DNA of 64,000 bases, taken from Tubulanus polymorphus. Lineage: Eukaryota; Animalia; Nemertea. A program made the translations under genes and the position numbers. The notes beneath the pieces are model-generated. The model was not told the DNA's origin, did no database searches, and worked only from the letters and a program-made list of their open reading frames with translations. Positions 1-25,700 of the stretch are shown here, in pieces (the first letter of the stretch is position 1; the number at the start of each line of letters is the position of its first letter). The stretch spans positions 6,967,950 to 7,031,949 of the forward strand of contig NC_134026.1 in assembly GCF_964204645.1 (NCBI RefSeq), written 5' to 3'.

Positions 1-11609
<11,609 letters not shown>

Positions 11610-12451
11610 CTATATCCACGAATTCAACAACAATTCAAAACAACAATTTCATTTATGGTAGAGGATACTGCAGAGAACTTCATTTGTAATTCGTCATTTT
11701 TCGTGATATTTTAAATTCTCTATTTGTTATGTAAGAAATGAAAGCCTACCTTGGACTCTACAGTGTTCGTGTATATGTATATGGAACAGAGAATAGACGG
11801 AATTCAGTTTGAAATGCAGATGTTTTCTGGACCTTTTGTTTTCCTGGACGAAAAGTCGAATCGTAAATAAAACGTTTACAGTAAAATACAATACGATCGA
11901 AGAACACAGTTTATTCACATCTGCAGTATACGTTCGTATATAAAACTCAGTACGGAATCCAAATTATAGGAAGATAACATTCATTAGTATGATACGTGTA
12001 GATCTAAGGTTTACAAGATACCGACCCGCAAAAAAAAAAAAAATTTTACAATGAATTTTTGCAAAGCGAAACCTAATGTTATTGCTTCAGGGGTGAAACA
12101 GTATTTTGCACTGTATAGGCCTAGCAGGCAACACTTCTTCTGGCCAAGTTATCATTTTGAAAACACTTTTAATTGATATCCAAAATCTCACTGGGTGAGC
12201 TGAAGAGTCGTATATCAACTGTTTTGTTTTTTCTTTACAATGTATTAAGTATATATATATATATACTGAAATGATATAGTGGCAATCATGTATTTCATAT
12301 AATATACCCCTGTTAAGTTGTATTCGGCATTTGGTTATTCGGTCGTTTAAAACCTAGTACTCTACCAGCAAAAGTTGACTCCAGCAATATTCACAGTAAA
12401 CTAAAACATCCAAAAATAAGTTCAAATATATGCAAATATATCGAAAAGAAG

Positions 12452-12523
12452 TTCCCACACCGGGAATCGAACCCGGGCCGCCTGGGTGAAAGCCAGGAAT
12501 CCTAACCACTAGACCATATGGGA
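12452..12523 (-). tRNA. tRNA-Glu-TTC: tRNA-Glu (anticodon TTC)
   Basis: Exact reverse complement of the 10617-10688 gene, followed on the minus strand by CTTCTTTT. Intergenic between two divergent protein genes. Confidence 0.96.
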
Positions 12524-13019
12524 AAGCTGTTCGATAGGTTGCCAGTTATATCCGTCTTTGTAAAATTTACCAGATAATTGATTGTCAATTCTATGTGTGA
12601 CGAAGTTATTCTATTGTCCCTTCATGATCTCAGAGTGGTCAGTAGTTAATGCAAGTTAAAGGGTCACACGGTAGAACGATCTCTTAATTGAATAACTAAT
12701 TGCGAGATCCGGTTTTCTGAGTTATTAGCAAATATAATATCATTCGAATAGAATTGATCAATGTATTATTTGACCACGAGTTAGAAATGATTCGACGGAC
12801 TATGAGATTCTGCGACCGGTTCATAATCCTCATAGCTAAAAGTATTGTCTGAATAAGAGGGTCTTTAGATGCCGCCCTTCGTAAACATGTTGTCTCGAAA
12901 TCATCTTCAAAACCCGCCATTGTTATGAAGTTAGACATTGTTGCGTCCTCGCACAAAGACAGAGTGAATATTCTTTATCGTTAAGTTGCTTGTTCGGCAT
13001 TGTTGCCTCCTCATTAACT

Positions 13020-14640
13020 ATGGCAACAACTTTTACGTTTTGGATTATGACGCTTATTACGTTGTTTAGATCAGTTTTCACGGATGTATTTTACACTCGG
13101 AGTAATACCACGTTCATAATAGAAAGAGATCTGGTGGATGTTGATTATCCGGTAGAGTCTACTTTAGAGTGCGCTAAACTGTGTATGGTTCACGAATGCA
13201 TGGGTTTCATATACAGAAAAAATACGTATTGTTGTACGTTGTTAGAAATGGGAAACGCAAGAGACCACGCATGGATTTCGGCTGATGCTTTAGTGTTTGT
13301 GAAATCAATTATTCCGACTTCTACGTCAGGTAAACAAAACCACTGAATTAGAAATTCACGGGCAAAAAAACTATATGTGCTTGAACTATGAGCTTTGTCG
13401 TGAATTTTAAGTTTGTTTAAATAGAACGATGAAATACAAGGTTATGAATTTTTGCAAAATGTAGCTGGTATTCAGAAACTTAAAAACACAGTGTTCGGAG
13501 CCTTCCGGTGAATACAGTGAGGTCAGAGACCTCCTACAGATAGGGACCCCTTGAACAGCTATGCGAATTTGTAGTTTTATAGTTAAAGAAATAGACTATA
13601 CATCAGGTAGAAAATAAATCTACAGAATTAGAAATGGGCATGAAAATTTATTTTGTAAAACTCGGCATAATTTCTTATTCTTTAGAATATTGCAAATTGG
13701 GATTTTTACTGTTAAAAATATCGTTTTGTTTTATGTTTTTAAGAACCTTTAACTGTAAACGGTGAAATAGATTCAGCATTGACATCAACATCGTCTACAT
13801 CAACTTCAACAACAAAATTATCAACGACATCAGTAATACCTACATCGACAAGCAACGCTATGACGACAGCATCCGGCATCAATACTGGTGAATTCAAATG
13901 TCAACCCGGTTATGAGGAGCCTAGAAGTGGTGATAATGTTTGCTTTAGAGTTAGCGACCATGTTGCTGATTATAAAAACGCTCAAATAGCATGTCTTTAC
14001 GATCAAGGGAATTCACGTGGAAACACTAATCTAGCAGCACCGCAATCAGCTTATGAAAATACACTCATCTCCGCGTATCTGATCAAGAAATTCTCACATA
14101 TCTCAGGTATATAGGTTTGTGAAGACTTATTCTGTCTAACCTGTATTATTTCGAGGCGTATCTTATTTTGAAAAAGATGGCGCTACCTGTGACATTATCA
14201 CCATGAGTGAATTAAGGCAATATGACGATGTTAAGTGCATGGGGATTTAGGAAGCGGCCATATTTGATGCAATGTCAGTACATGTATTGTGAATCGATAT
14301 AACTGGTGATGTCTAAAATATTCAATCACTAGTAGGCAATTTGATGACGTCATAGGGTTGGAAGAGGCAGCCAAACGTATTTTATCGATTGTTTATATGT
14401 CTATTTGTAGGCAGTATATTCATTGACATGAAGAATCCCACCGGAACTGCAGTCACATGGCAAAACAAAGATGGCGGCGGCGTCTCCCCGTTGCCGTACA
14501 CGATAGTTTGGCTTCGGGACCAGCCCGATCAAGAGACAGAACAATGTATCGCCTATTCTGCGGATTTGATTAGCAGAAGTTGGGAGGATGTCTCCTGTTT
14601 TGACAGACATCACTATATCTGTGAGGAGAGGCCTCGCTAG
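13020..14640 (+). CDS. Secreted PAN/apple-like domain + Ser/Thr-rich stalk + C-type lectin domain protein
   Basis: Exons 13020-13329, 13744-14106, 14411-14640 (GT-AG, phase 1/1, frame consistent). Hydrophobic N-terminus; ECAKLC...CMGFIY...CTL (PAN pattern); TSTSSTSTSTT stalk; CTLD motifs CF..S....Y..A..AC, LA, W...QPD....C, WED..C....YICE. Confidence 0.85.
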
Positions 14641-15278
14641 AAACAAACATCCCGGTGGCATAAACAATTATATACGTGTAATTTATGTTTAAGGCAGGTT
14701 CCTGTCTCCGCATTGTCAGTTTTACTACGCCTTGGAGACTAAGGGTCATCAGTCTCTCAGCTGAACAGTTAGTTACATCTTGATTCAAGACAGTCTAAGA
14801 AGACAGTGCCCCCAGATAGTAGTCTACGTGACATATAATGGCGGATACAGGATATCCTGACGGGAGGGGGATGTTGAACTTTTGGTAGATCGTAAGAGAT
14901 TGAGAAGGGCCTACAAACCCTGAAGCCATTCGTCATTTGCCCATGAACAAGATGAGAACACCGATTTTGGTGTGAATGAACTTGATCTTGCCTTGCCAGA
15001 TGCCAGAAAATCGTGTTTAGATACATAATTCGTCCGCCAAGGCTTCGCTCTATTACGTTCAGCCCTCGGGAAATGGGCTTCCTCTCTGTGCCCCATCCCT
15101 AACACGTTTCTACGGCCTTGTGAACTCTATACGTTTCCTCGGAATAATATAAGAATAATTTCTGGTAATCATATACGCCGTGTTTATTGTAGAATTGTTT
15201 GTAAATATTTCTTATGCAGAATTTAATGTAATATGGGTATGCAAATTACATTACGAAAATCAATATTTACTGATTGAT

Positions 15279-16829
15279 CTATTTTGGGGATGGTGGAAGC
15301 ACTTCGAGTTGCTGCCGAGCGTGATTGATTTGACGAAGTAGTTCCTCCGTCTTTTCGTCATTTAATTTTGCATCTTTGGGCGAAACCCTAGAATATAATA
15401 ACGAGGTTATTGAGAAAGAATCAAACACAATGAACATGACATAGAGGGTCCAAGCTGAGGGGTGGTGTAGGAAAATACGAAGGACTAAAAAAATATGTTT
15501 CATGATTATTGCCGGGATTTTGCATGGGAGGCAGATCCGTACTCAAGTAATTCAAAAATAAGAGGGCCCCACGATTAAAATGCCCGAGATGGTAGGGTTC
15601 TGAGTGCAGGCTATAGTTGACACACGGAGAAGGACCCGGGCTGGGGGTGCAATACTTTCCTGTGCAACTATCTCGGAAACTTATTTGTCCAGGTATTGGT
15701 TTATTCAATCCCTTGCAAATCACGGGGGGAAATAGAAGATAACTTATTAAAAAAATGAAACGGAAGGTTTCTGATTTTATAACGGTTTATGCGGTAAAAA
15801 ATCCGTCGCTGGCAGGAAATTTCCGTGATTTGTCGGAATTTTCGTGAACTCGTCGGAAATGTCTCCGGTTCATCTGCTGCAGCGTTATTTTCCTCTTTTC
15901 CCTCCTCCCTTGAACCACGAAAATAAAGCATTGAACATAGGAAACTATCCGTTTAGAAACGAATAGTTCCTGCAAAAATAAGATTTTTCTGCAGCATGAT
16001 AGCTGAATTGTCGATTATGTGTTTGCAAAAAAAACGGAAACTTCCGTAACTTTTTTTTACCTTTTAAATAAACACCGTTGGAAGCCGCTCACTTCAACGA
16101 GACTAGCTCCAGGCTGATGAACAGGCGCATGCACTGATTTGTAGAAACGGCAGTATTTGGTATATTTTTGGAAGGTTATCATTGCACATTCTGGATCTGC
16201 CACGCATTCGACCCTACACTGCAACAGATCTACTGCTGTGTACTGTCTAAACGGTTTTTCTACAGTCGAAGGAATGTAACCGGGTCGAAAATGCCCCGTA
16301 CAGAAAATCTGTACGATTCTCCCATCTTTCACTACAATTTACATCAAAGATAAATACACGTGTTTTAGAATCGAGATTTAGAAAAATAAAATCAAGGCAA
16401 TTTTCGAAATGTGGACACTACGGGTAATCAAGGTTCAAGGCGAAAAAGGTGAACTCAAAATTTTTGCTTTAATTGCAACTGTACTACTCTTACAGCCTGG
16501 TTACTTCCATCCTCTGCCGGCAGGGATGCGAACCTGATGGCATCGAGATTGCCACACTTCGTGCCGTGGCTGAGTGTAGCGACGCCATCACGTTCGAATC
16601 CCTGCCGAGGGAGGATGGGTTACTTAGTGTTCTTAAATACCTGCAATTCAAGCTTAACCGTGTTAAGCATAAAGTTTTTCGAAAATCTGGACCCGGGGTA
16701 CTTCGAAAATACCCACTATCAAATTAGTTACTTACTGCGATAAGTGTCTGTTAGAATTTCCTGGGCTTGACCCATTTGCGCAACAATGAACGTTGTCACT
16801 AAGAATACGACGAAGATATGTGTACCCAT
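15279..16829 (-). CDS. Small secreted PAN/apple-domain protein (157 aa)
   Basis: Exons 16736-16829 (signal peptide MGTHIFVVFLVTTFIVAQMGQA, donor GTAAGT), 16061-16331 (CRVECVADPECAMITFQKYTKYCRFY = CxxxC...C...C PAN pattern) and 15279-15387. Phases 1 and 2 are consistent; total 474 nt. Confidence 0.78.
16507..16618. mobile_element. Short hairpin MITE, family C, with TSD
   Basis: CCATCCTC...GGCAGGGATGCGAACCTGATGGCATCG / CGACGCCATCACGTTCGAATCCCTGCCGAGGGAGGATGG inverted arms, flanked by the direct repeat GTTACTT (16500-16506, 16619-16625). Confidence 0.75.
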
Positions 16830-17009
16830 TGTGATAGTGTCCGACGAATGATAAGTTTATGAATTGGTTGAGTGACTTTTAAACTGGCTGTGTTTAGTAA
16901 CAGCTGGGTTTATACTGTTTACGCGCCAACATTTCCAGGTATCAGTGACAGTCACACGCGGCTAGGGTGCTGGCTATACTGGAACATGTTTAGTGAGTCG
17001 AGAACTAGG

Positions 17010-17300
17010 AACTCGATGAATGATGCTACCGAGTTTAGAATAACGAGGGACCCGGTAGCGTTGGATCAGCAGTAAATATTTACCCGAGTTGAAAATCAGG
17101 GAACTCGGTTTTTGGGACTGCTGTAAACATTTGACCGAGTGTGGAATTAGGGAACTCGGTAGCGTTTGAACTGCTAGTGCTATAAACACTTCATCGAGTT
17201 GCGAATCAGGGAACTCAATAGCGTGGGGACTGCTGTAAATACCGGGCGTTTCATCGAGTTGAGAATCAGGGAAATCGTTAGCGTTGGGACTGTGGTAAAT
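17010..17300. repeat. Degenerate minisatellite, ~55-63-bp unit (CGAGTTGAGAATCAGGGAACTCGGTAGCGTTGGGACTGCTGTAAA)
   Basis: About 5 units visible just upstream of the PAN-domain gene. Confidence 0.7.
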
Positions 17301-18043
17301 GACATGACGTTTTAACACAATCTTAGATGATATTGAAATGTTCAGTTCACTAGAATTGCTAGTTAAAAAGTGAGCGGCAAGTGTTTTCTTCATTAAGTTT
17401 TATGGTTATAGGCATCAGCTGTTACTTTACTAGCAAAATTTATTATCTAAGAAACGCGGCAAGCATTAAAACACGAAATGTAAATCCAATAATAAATCAG
17501 ATCTTAACCATGCATTCAAAATTGACAATTCTGATCATTTTCATAGACTAATGCTTTCAACATCACTTGGGAAAAAGTTAGCTTCACTATCAGGTTTTTC
17601 TATGCGCCTCTCTTCGGCGCTCTGTGTCGGAAAAAAATGTCGCAGCTCAATGGATTTTTGGTGGCCCCTCTGTCGTCTGCGATAGGAATACCTACTCAAG
17701 AAATGTCACACGAAAACAACAAACCAATATATTTCTGTTGAAAAGACGTTTTATTCCTGTACTTGTACAGTCAGTCATGCACACACAGATATACGTGTAA
17801 CTAAAGAACAAATCGGTTTTCTGTATAAATGATGACCTGGTGTAGTAGACTCCGCCCGAGTCGGATCGATCAACTCGGATAATCGTTCGACTCGGATGTT
17901 TTTTAAAATATTTTTGTGACACTATCTAAGAAATACATAACATCCAAATTCAACTCGGATATCACTCAAAGCGGGCACACTTTTACGGTTCCAAATGATT
18001 CGAATTAGACAAAGTCTACCGTGTTAAACATTTACAAACTTTA

Positions 18044-18256
18044 GGCTAAACAAAAATTGTACCTTGTTTCTGCGCAGCGGGCGGGTCATTTTTGTTAAAT
18101 ATGATTTTGTAATCAGTTCATTTCTATAGCTGCCGGGTCCGTTGTGGTAAAATTGATCACGATTTAAAAAAAAAAGTAATGTACAGGGTATAGGCGGCCG
18201 GCCGGGTCAACTTCAAAGCTCAGCAGAGCGGAGAAACAAGGTATCGCTTTTTAGCC
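18044..18256. mobile_element. PIF/Harbinger (Tourist-like) MITE, family D
   Basis: TIR GGCTAAA...ACCTTGTTTCT / AGAAACAAGGT...TTAGCC with TSD TTA/TTA. A second copy, inverted, at 30461-30680 has TSD TAA/TAA. Confidence 0.75.
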
Positions 18257-19703
18257 TTAGATACGTAGAGGAGTCGTGTTAAAAACGAGACGGATATGTG
18301 ACACCTTTTGAACCTCGTTACAGCGAACTCCACGGGATCATTGTTCGTTATAACCGATAGTTCGTTCGTTGTATCCAGTATGTAATTAGTCAAATTGTAT
18401 TTTGCTTGGGACGAGTTACATCCGACGAATCTTTGTATCCGAGTTCGTTGTAAACAGGTAACACTGAACCCGTCTCGTTTTATTCAAACGTTTTATGTAT
18501 ATACGTTTGTGACCGGGCTATCGGTTAAAACAAACATACTTTCTAGTCCCGTGAAGTTCGCTGTAAGGAGGTTCCCCACTGTTGTAGTAAACCACCGTTT
18601 TCAGTGGAATCTATACCAGACACACGGAGTGGAAAGTCTATCCCCTATTCGATGACCTGTTTGATTACATTTGGATTTACGCAGAAGGCTAAAAATTTCA
18701 TCGAAAATGAGCCAATTCGTATCTAGGTAAAACCGACTTTTTTGTGGCGTCATCTAGCGGTCCGCATCGGTACCCTTTTTTCAACAGCATTACAAAAAGC
18801 ATCTGTCAATATAGTTATATTCGAAACATACACACAATGTTAGTTTTCATTGAATGTAAAGTTCATCATTGTCTTTTCACATGATAAGATACAACATAAT
18901 GCCTATAAAAATACGATAATAATACTTCACACGGACACGGAAGGAATGTTAATACTTATATCAGTCATATCATATGTATATATAACAGTACATTCATTAT
19001 CAATAATAGGCAGTACACAACACGAGAATACAAACGCGGTCATGTTACCGGGTGCACAACTACATGTATTCATGGATCGATTTATTGAATCAATTGTTTT
19101 TAAATACATACGTAGGCAGATCCATAAATCCATAGATGCAAAAATTATTTTCATAAAACTTTCTACATTCAAAATCTAAATCAGCAATAAGTAGCACATG
19201 ATATCAAACTGCATGATAAAATATTCAAACTGTGACCATATTGATTATAAAGCTAGTATAAACTGGTTGGATCCAGTTCCACAGTTCTCAGTTCAAATCT
19301 GAGTTGGGAATAAACTATTTTTCTAACTCGCACTAAGCGTCAAACTTTGATTAGCCGAGAACTGTGGATCTCCACAGTCCGATTCTGAAGTTGTCTGTTA
19401 AAATGAAAGTTAAAACATTTGAAGTGAACCGATTTTAACAAACAAAACTAAACCGGTAACTGGGTAACTGGATCCTGTTTGCTGGTATCCATTATTTCAT
19501 AAGTGATTTGCACAATCATTTAGCAGCAGCAGCACCACCAGCAGCAGCAGTTCAATTTGAAGCAGGCTCAATTGTGGAAGGTTTCTTTTGTATAAAGTAT
19601 TAGGAAAATATGTAATAAATATTTATCATTTATTAAGTACATGTATATTGAATTATTCAAACCCAGCTTGCTTCTGTCAGCTGTAAAACAGTGAAACTCC
19701 TGC

Positions 19704-22700
19704 TCAACGTTGCGTCCACAATGCCATCTGATCATTGATCTGTCTCGCCAAAATCAACGCCATAAAAATTGCAAAAATCTAAAAAGAAAGAGAAATGAGA
19801 GAATTGAGAAGTTCAAGTCAAACTGGGGAATGTCGTCATATGGAAAAGTTAATTACAGCATCACTAGACCAGCTCAACTTATACGGGTGCAATACCAAGT
19901 GGGCTAAAAATCCAAATGCAAAGCAGACCTTATATCACTGAGGGATCATTCATTTATTACGTACGCATAAAATTTAAACCCCCCTCCCCCTCTGTACGCA
20001 AAATCGGCCATTTTTTCATATACATTAAGCATTACAGTACGCAATTGCACAGTCCCCTCCCCCTCCCTTGATGCGTACGTAATAAATGAATGACTCCTGA
20101 TGGGATTCATGAAAATTTCCGCCAGGTTTAACGTTGGCTTTTTGAATTCAACTGCAGCCGTCATCTCTATTTTTGAATCCCAATTTATATTTCTAAATCA
20201 ATTTACTAAGTTTAAGTCATCATTCGGAAATTTCGTTACCATAATGGATGTCACAACGATGACGACTTTTCATTGTATAAGTGGAGTTTAAAATATACCT
20301 GTAAAACAGCAATACCCATCGCGATTCCACCAACCAACAGTAAATTCTCTTGAACCAGTTTCAAAATGGCGTCCACACAACCAGTCGTATAAATCTTCTC
20401 ACCAGCTTTTATATGCTACAAATATAGTTCACAGCTACTATCTATAACATCTTTATGAAATGTAAAACAGCTATGACCCATGACCTGAATTTTTTTCGTG
20501 AATTTTCATGAAAAAGAACAGCGCCAGCAGTACTTACCCCTAAATTTTGCATTCCATATCCACACATAGCATTGATATAGTTTCCCTAAACAAAATAAAT
20601 AACTTATCAGGCAAAGGCACATTTGGCAGCGTATTATCAGTTAAGACATCAAAAATCTGCGGATGAGTGAAATGCAGTTTACCGCATCTCCAAGTAGATA
20701 ACTTTGTCCTCATCCTACAAATGGGGTTCCCTGAGAGCTACTATGGCAGACGAGGATCCAGGTTTGCTAGGTAGTTGGTCGTCCGCGTTTGATTTTTTCT
20801 GATTTCAATTAAATCCAAATGAACTTTTCTCCTAAATGAATCAATCATTTAAGAAGAATGAAAGTATTGTATATTTGGTAGATGCTGTGATAATATATGG
20901 ATTGAGGAGTCCAAAAATCCAGTTCAAAGTTCATCGAAAATGAACTAATTTTGACAATGGACGACCTAGTGCTCGCCACGCCATCTGGCAGGATAGCTGG
21001 TTTTGCGGGTACCCCATTGTAAACGAGAATTTTATACAATTCCATATTCTAAGGCAGTAACGAGTTAAGAGTTTGTTTAGAAAAGGTCAACTCAAAACAT
21101 ATAGAGGGTTTACAAGGTGCCCCCGGCCGGATCCGTGCCTGTCTGGTTTACACCCGTGCTGTACTTACATTTAAACCTACGTTATTTTCTACGACGCAAC
21201 ACGAGAACGGAACTCCACATCTCTCTGGACTCGTGTTCTCATTCGGGTTTTTCGTACAGTTGAAATAAGGATTGTTATTCCAGTCTTTGTAGCCAAGTGA
21301 ATTCACACCGCAACATTTAAACTGCCAATTCAAACATTCAATACATGTTTCATAATTCGCTAAATACATGAACATTTTGAAGTGAGTTTACAGTGTACAT
21401 GTATTTAATATCTAACCACTGGTTTTAAGGTTTATCATGTGAATTGACAAAAAAAAAAAACGGGGTTGCGCATTCAAGGCTTAAACTTCAGGGGGCCAGT
21501 TCCATAGTGAGGGCTTAGACTTAAGACCATTCTAAGACCAACTTAGTTCTATAGCCAATCTAATAACTTAAGACCAGTCTCAAGATTTAAGATAACTTTT
21601 GGTCTTAAGTCTTGTTTATGGAACCAGCCCCAGGGGTTGGTTGCATAGTTATGGCTTAGACTTATGACCAGTCTAAGACCAACTTAGTTCTATAGCCAAT
21701 CTAACAACTTAAGACCAGTCTTAAGATTTACGACCACTTTTGGACTTAAGTCACGACTGTGCAACTGGCCCCAGGAGCCGACTAAGCCATGAATAATCTA
21801 ACAACTTAAGACCAGCCTAATCCCATATTGGTTCTATAACAAATCTAACAACTTTAGACAAGTCTAAGCTCATTTTGGTAGTATAGCCAATCTAACAACT
21901 TAACGCCAGTCTAAGCTCATTTTGGCTCTATAATCAATCTAACAACTTCAGACCAGTCTAAGCTTATTTTGGTTCTATAACCAACAATTTCAGACCAATT
22001 AAACATATGGTCTAAGACCACTTTTGGCCTATGCAACTAACAGTAGATCGAGGACTAAGGTGAAAACTGGACCCTTACAGTTTTTTGCATCCAATCGATG
22101 AGATTCATCAGATCCGCATTATCCCTGTATCTGACGATCAACTCATCCTCGAGGACTCCTTGAATTTTAGTTTTGGCTTCGTTGTCGAAAACAAACGCTA
22201 AAACAGCACCGGTAATTTCTAACAGAAATATCACTCCCAAAACAGCAGAGAACTACAACAAAAACATTGAGATACAGAAAGAAAAAATCGACATCGTGAA
22301 TCAACGTATAACACGAATATCAGTTTAAACATGAATCGAACATCAGGTCCATGCTTTTTTTATTCTTTTTTCTATTTCAAGAAAAAGGGCACTTTATCAC
22401 CATTGAAAAAGTACAGGTCTTAAATATGATTATTTCATAACCTAAACTAAAACAAAGAAAATCTGAGTACCAAGGTATGTGAATAAATCATATGAAAAAT
22501 TATGAAAATTATGTCCAAATTTCAAAAAAATCTTGGCTCGAAAGATTTTTTGACAATGACTTTGTGAAGGGCACTTTATATTCAAGTATGCGGATTATGA
22601 AAGATAGATAGATATACTATACTATACTATACTTGCGAAATAGAATGGTGATCTTAGAACTGGTTTCATAGACATGGTAATTGAACCCAGACTGTAACTA

Positions 22701-25700
22701 CCATTGACAATGGAAAACTTTTAGAACAAGATGTTTCATGAGGCTGATTAGGAGCAAGGAAGGAACCATGGTCACAGACAGAAACAGATTGACTTATGAA
22801 AACGTTTTCAAGACCCTCCCAAAATTGAAGCAGTTTCACAAAGAGTTTTAGACTAATTTCCCGAAATGAGAGGAGATTCGCTGAAGAAAGTGCCTGAAAA
22901 CGATTCACGAACTTAGCTGAGTTTTTAAGGAATCAAGTTTAGTATGAACCCCCGAACCCGACAATAGAGGAGTTTTCAAGGGGTACAGTTAAATTCGACT
23001 ACGTCGTCATCAAATAACTCATCGCAACGCACGTTGTCACTATTTATTAGCCCAAATCTGTATTTCTATTTCAATACGCTGAGGGGTAATTCATTTATTA
23101 TGTACGCATTGGGGCAGGGGGTCAGAGCAGCTTTGTACTATAATGCTTAACCCATGTGGTGTATAAATCAGTGACTGACTAGTACACTGCACTGCAGTGT
23201 ATATAGATGTAATTTGTAAAAGTTTTATATAGATATAGATCAGTTAGATAGATAAGTAACTAACAACACACCGCTCAGCGGTGTAGATGCATTATAGTGC
23301 TTGTTATTTGATGCACTGGGCTGGAATTTTTTTGAACATTTTAAGATTATCTTCCGCACTTTAGGGTATTGATTAGTCAGCACCAAAAGGGTCTTAATGT
23401 AAATGAAAAAGGCGCCGTTTTTGGGGGAAAATTCAAATTTTGTGTGTACATAAGAATTAATGATTGTCACAACGACAACGACTTAAGCAGCGAGTTTCAC
23501 TGTACTCGATAAAGTTGAGATATTTCAGAGTATTCACATATTAAACGATATACATATAAGAGAAAAAGTACAGGACCCAGTTCCACGGTTCTGAGTAAAA
23601 ATCTGACTCGAGAGTTAACTCATTGAAAATGAACTGATTTTAACTCAAGAGTTAACCCTAACTCACAACTTTGGAACCGGCCTCGGAAGAATAAAGTACC
23701 GTTTTAAGAAGACAGATATTTTCACGTAGCGCGCCCACGCAACCAGCAAATGAAATCAGAAACACAAACGAACCGACGATGATTATGACAATAGAAACAT
23801 TTGCTAACAGATCGTAGATACTAGATATGTCAGTGCTCGATCCACCGCTGTTGAATTTATTCTTCTCAACCTGGGCCCACGTACCGATAAACACCAGCGC
23901 GATACCCAGAACCTGAAACAACAAATACAGCAGATGATTCAACGAGAATGATTATGTATCTAGATACCGTATATATCAGGGATGAAAACGGCCCATATTG
24001 AAAAGTCGGAAAATATTTTCAAAAAAAATGAATTTTTTTGGGGAACAAAAATCAGTAACTTTAAGCCAAAAACTACGGAGCGCTCCTATGTGACGCCCGC
24101 GATTGAGGTGATTAAAGTGATTGAGGTGATTTACACTGTTCTCAGGAATAAAGAAAATGAAAAAAGGAATGAAATCCGTCTATGGTCGGAAGATTTTCAT
24201 CCCTGATATATCAGGGTGGAATTTTGTCACCTCTCCTTTTTTGTATATATTTAAATGACCTTAGTGTCAAACTCAATTCTTTCAATATTGGCTGCATAAA
24301 CTATGGTACTCTAATAAATAATTTAATATATGCAGACGACATTTGCATTTTTTGTCCCTCTGCAAAGGGTCTACAAACTCTAATCAATATTTGTAATAAC
24401 TATGCAAGCCAGCATGACATAACATTTAATATAGATAAAACTCAGTGTATAGTTTTTAAGCCATCTAGCTTCGTTTTCTATGGCAATGTTGTGCCCCCAG
24501 TGTATATGAATAATTGCCTCATAAAATATGTAAATGATGTAAAATATCTAGGATAATACATTTCCTCTGCTTTATCTGATGATGCAGACATGATTAATCA
24601 AACCAAATTGCTCTGCATCCGTGCAAACTCTATTATCCGTAAATTTTCTTCCTGCAGCAATGTTGTGAAAAACAAACTGTTTTCTAGCTATTGTACGTCT
24701 TTTTATAGTATGCCTATTTGGTCAAATTTTTCTAAACAAATTTACGATCGCTTACGTGTGTGTTTCAATAACGCGTTCAGGCGCCTGCATCATTTTGAAC
24801 CGGGGTGTAGTGCTCCCGCGATGTTTTTCAATAATCATGTGAAAAGCTTCGGCGAGATTTACCGCAAAATAGTCTACTCTTTTAAATCCGGTATTCTGTC
24901 TCATCCAAACACTCTTGTTCAATCGATCTCTAGCTCAATTTCATTCTACTTTTCATCACTATTTTAAACATGGGACAGTATACTGTACACATAATAAAGT
25001 CGTGTCCTTAAAACAGTGCTATGTATTTTGTATATTTATTATTATAATATTTTTGTTAAAAAAATTTGTCATATGGACATATGTCTGAAATAAAACATAA
25101 TAATAATAATATACACCAGGTGTCGGTAATGTGCAGTAGGAGAACTACCGTGGCAATAGATTCCACTTGTGGCAAGTGAGGATCCACCAGATAATCATAA
25201 TAACGATATAATTGCTTGTATAGGGCTTTTCCATATTGAGTATGCTCAAAGCAGCACCAGGTGTCATTACGTGTGTGACTACTTCTGTTTGAAGGGATAG
25301 GGGTGTAATAGGGACCGGGTTAGGCCTACTGTTCACTTTCACTGGGAGAATAGCTAGTTGTACTCCCCCACACAGGCCCGTACACAGGGGGGATTGTCGG
25401 GTGCGAATGCACCTCCCCACAAGATCCCAAGTTCCACTTTCTTTGTCTAAGAACATTTTCAATGACTTTGTTATATGAAATATTCTCTAACATTGGCTGA
25501 AAATTCATCTATGTTAAAAATATGTAAAATTTTCTTGGGAGACAGCGCTAGCAATCACCAGCTCCACCATCAAATAAGTTCCGCCTCATCTCGATTCGCA
25601 CCAACCCAAAAGAAAGGCTGCATACGGGCCTGCCACAGTCGGATTTACTGATTATAGGCGTTTTTATCTAGATGTTGATTTGTCAAATCAATTTACCAAA

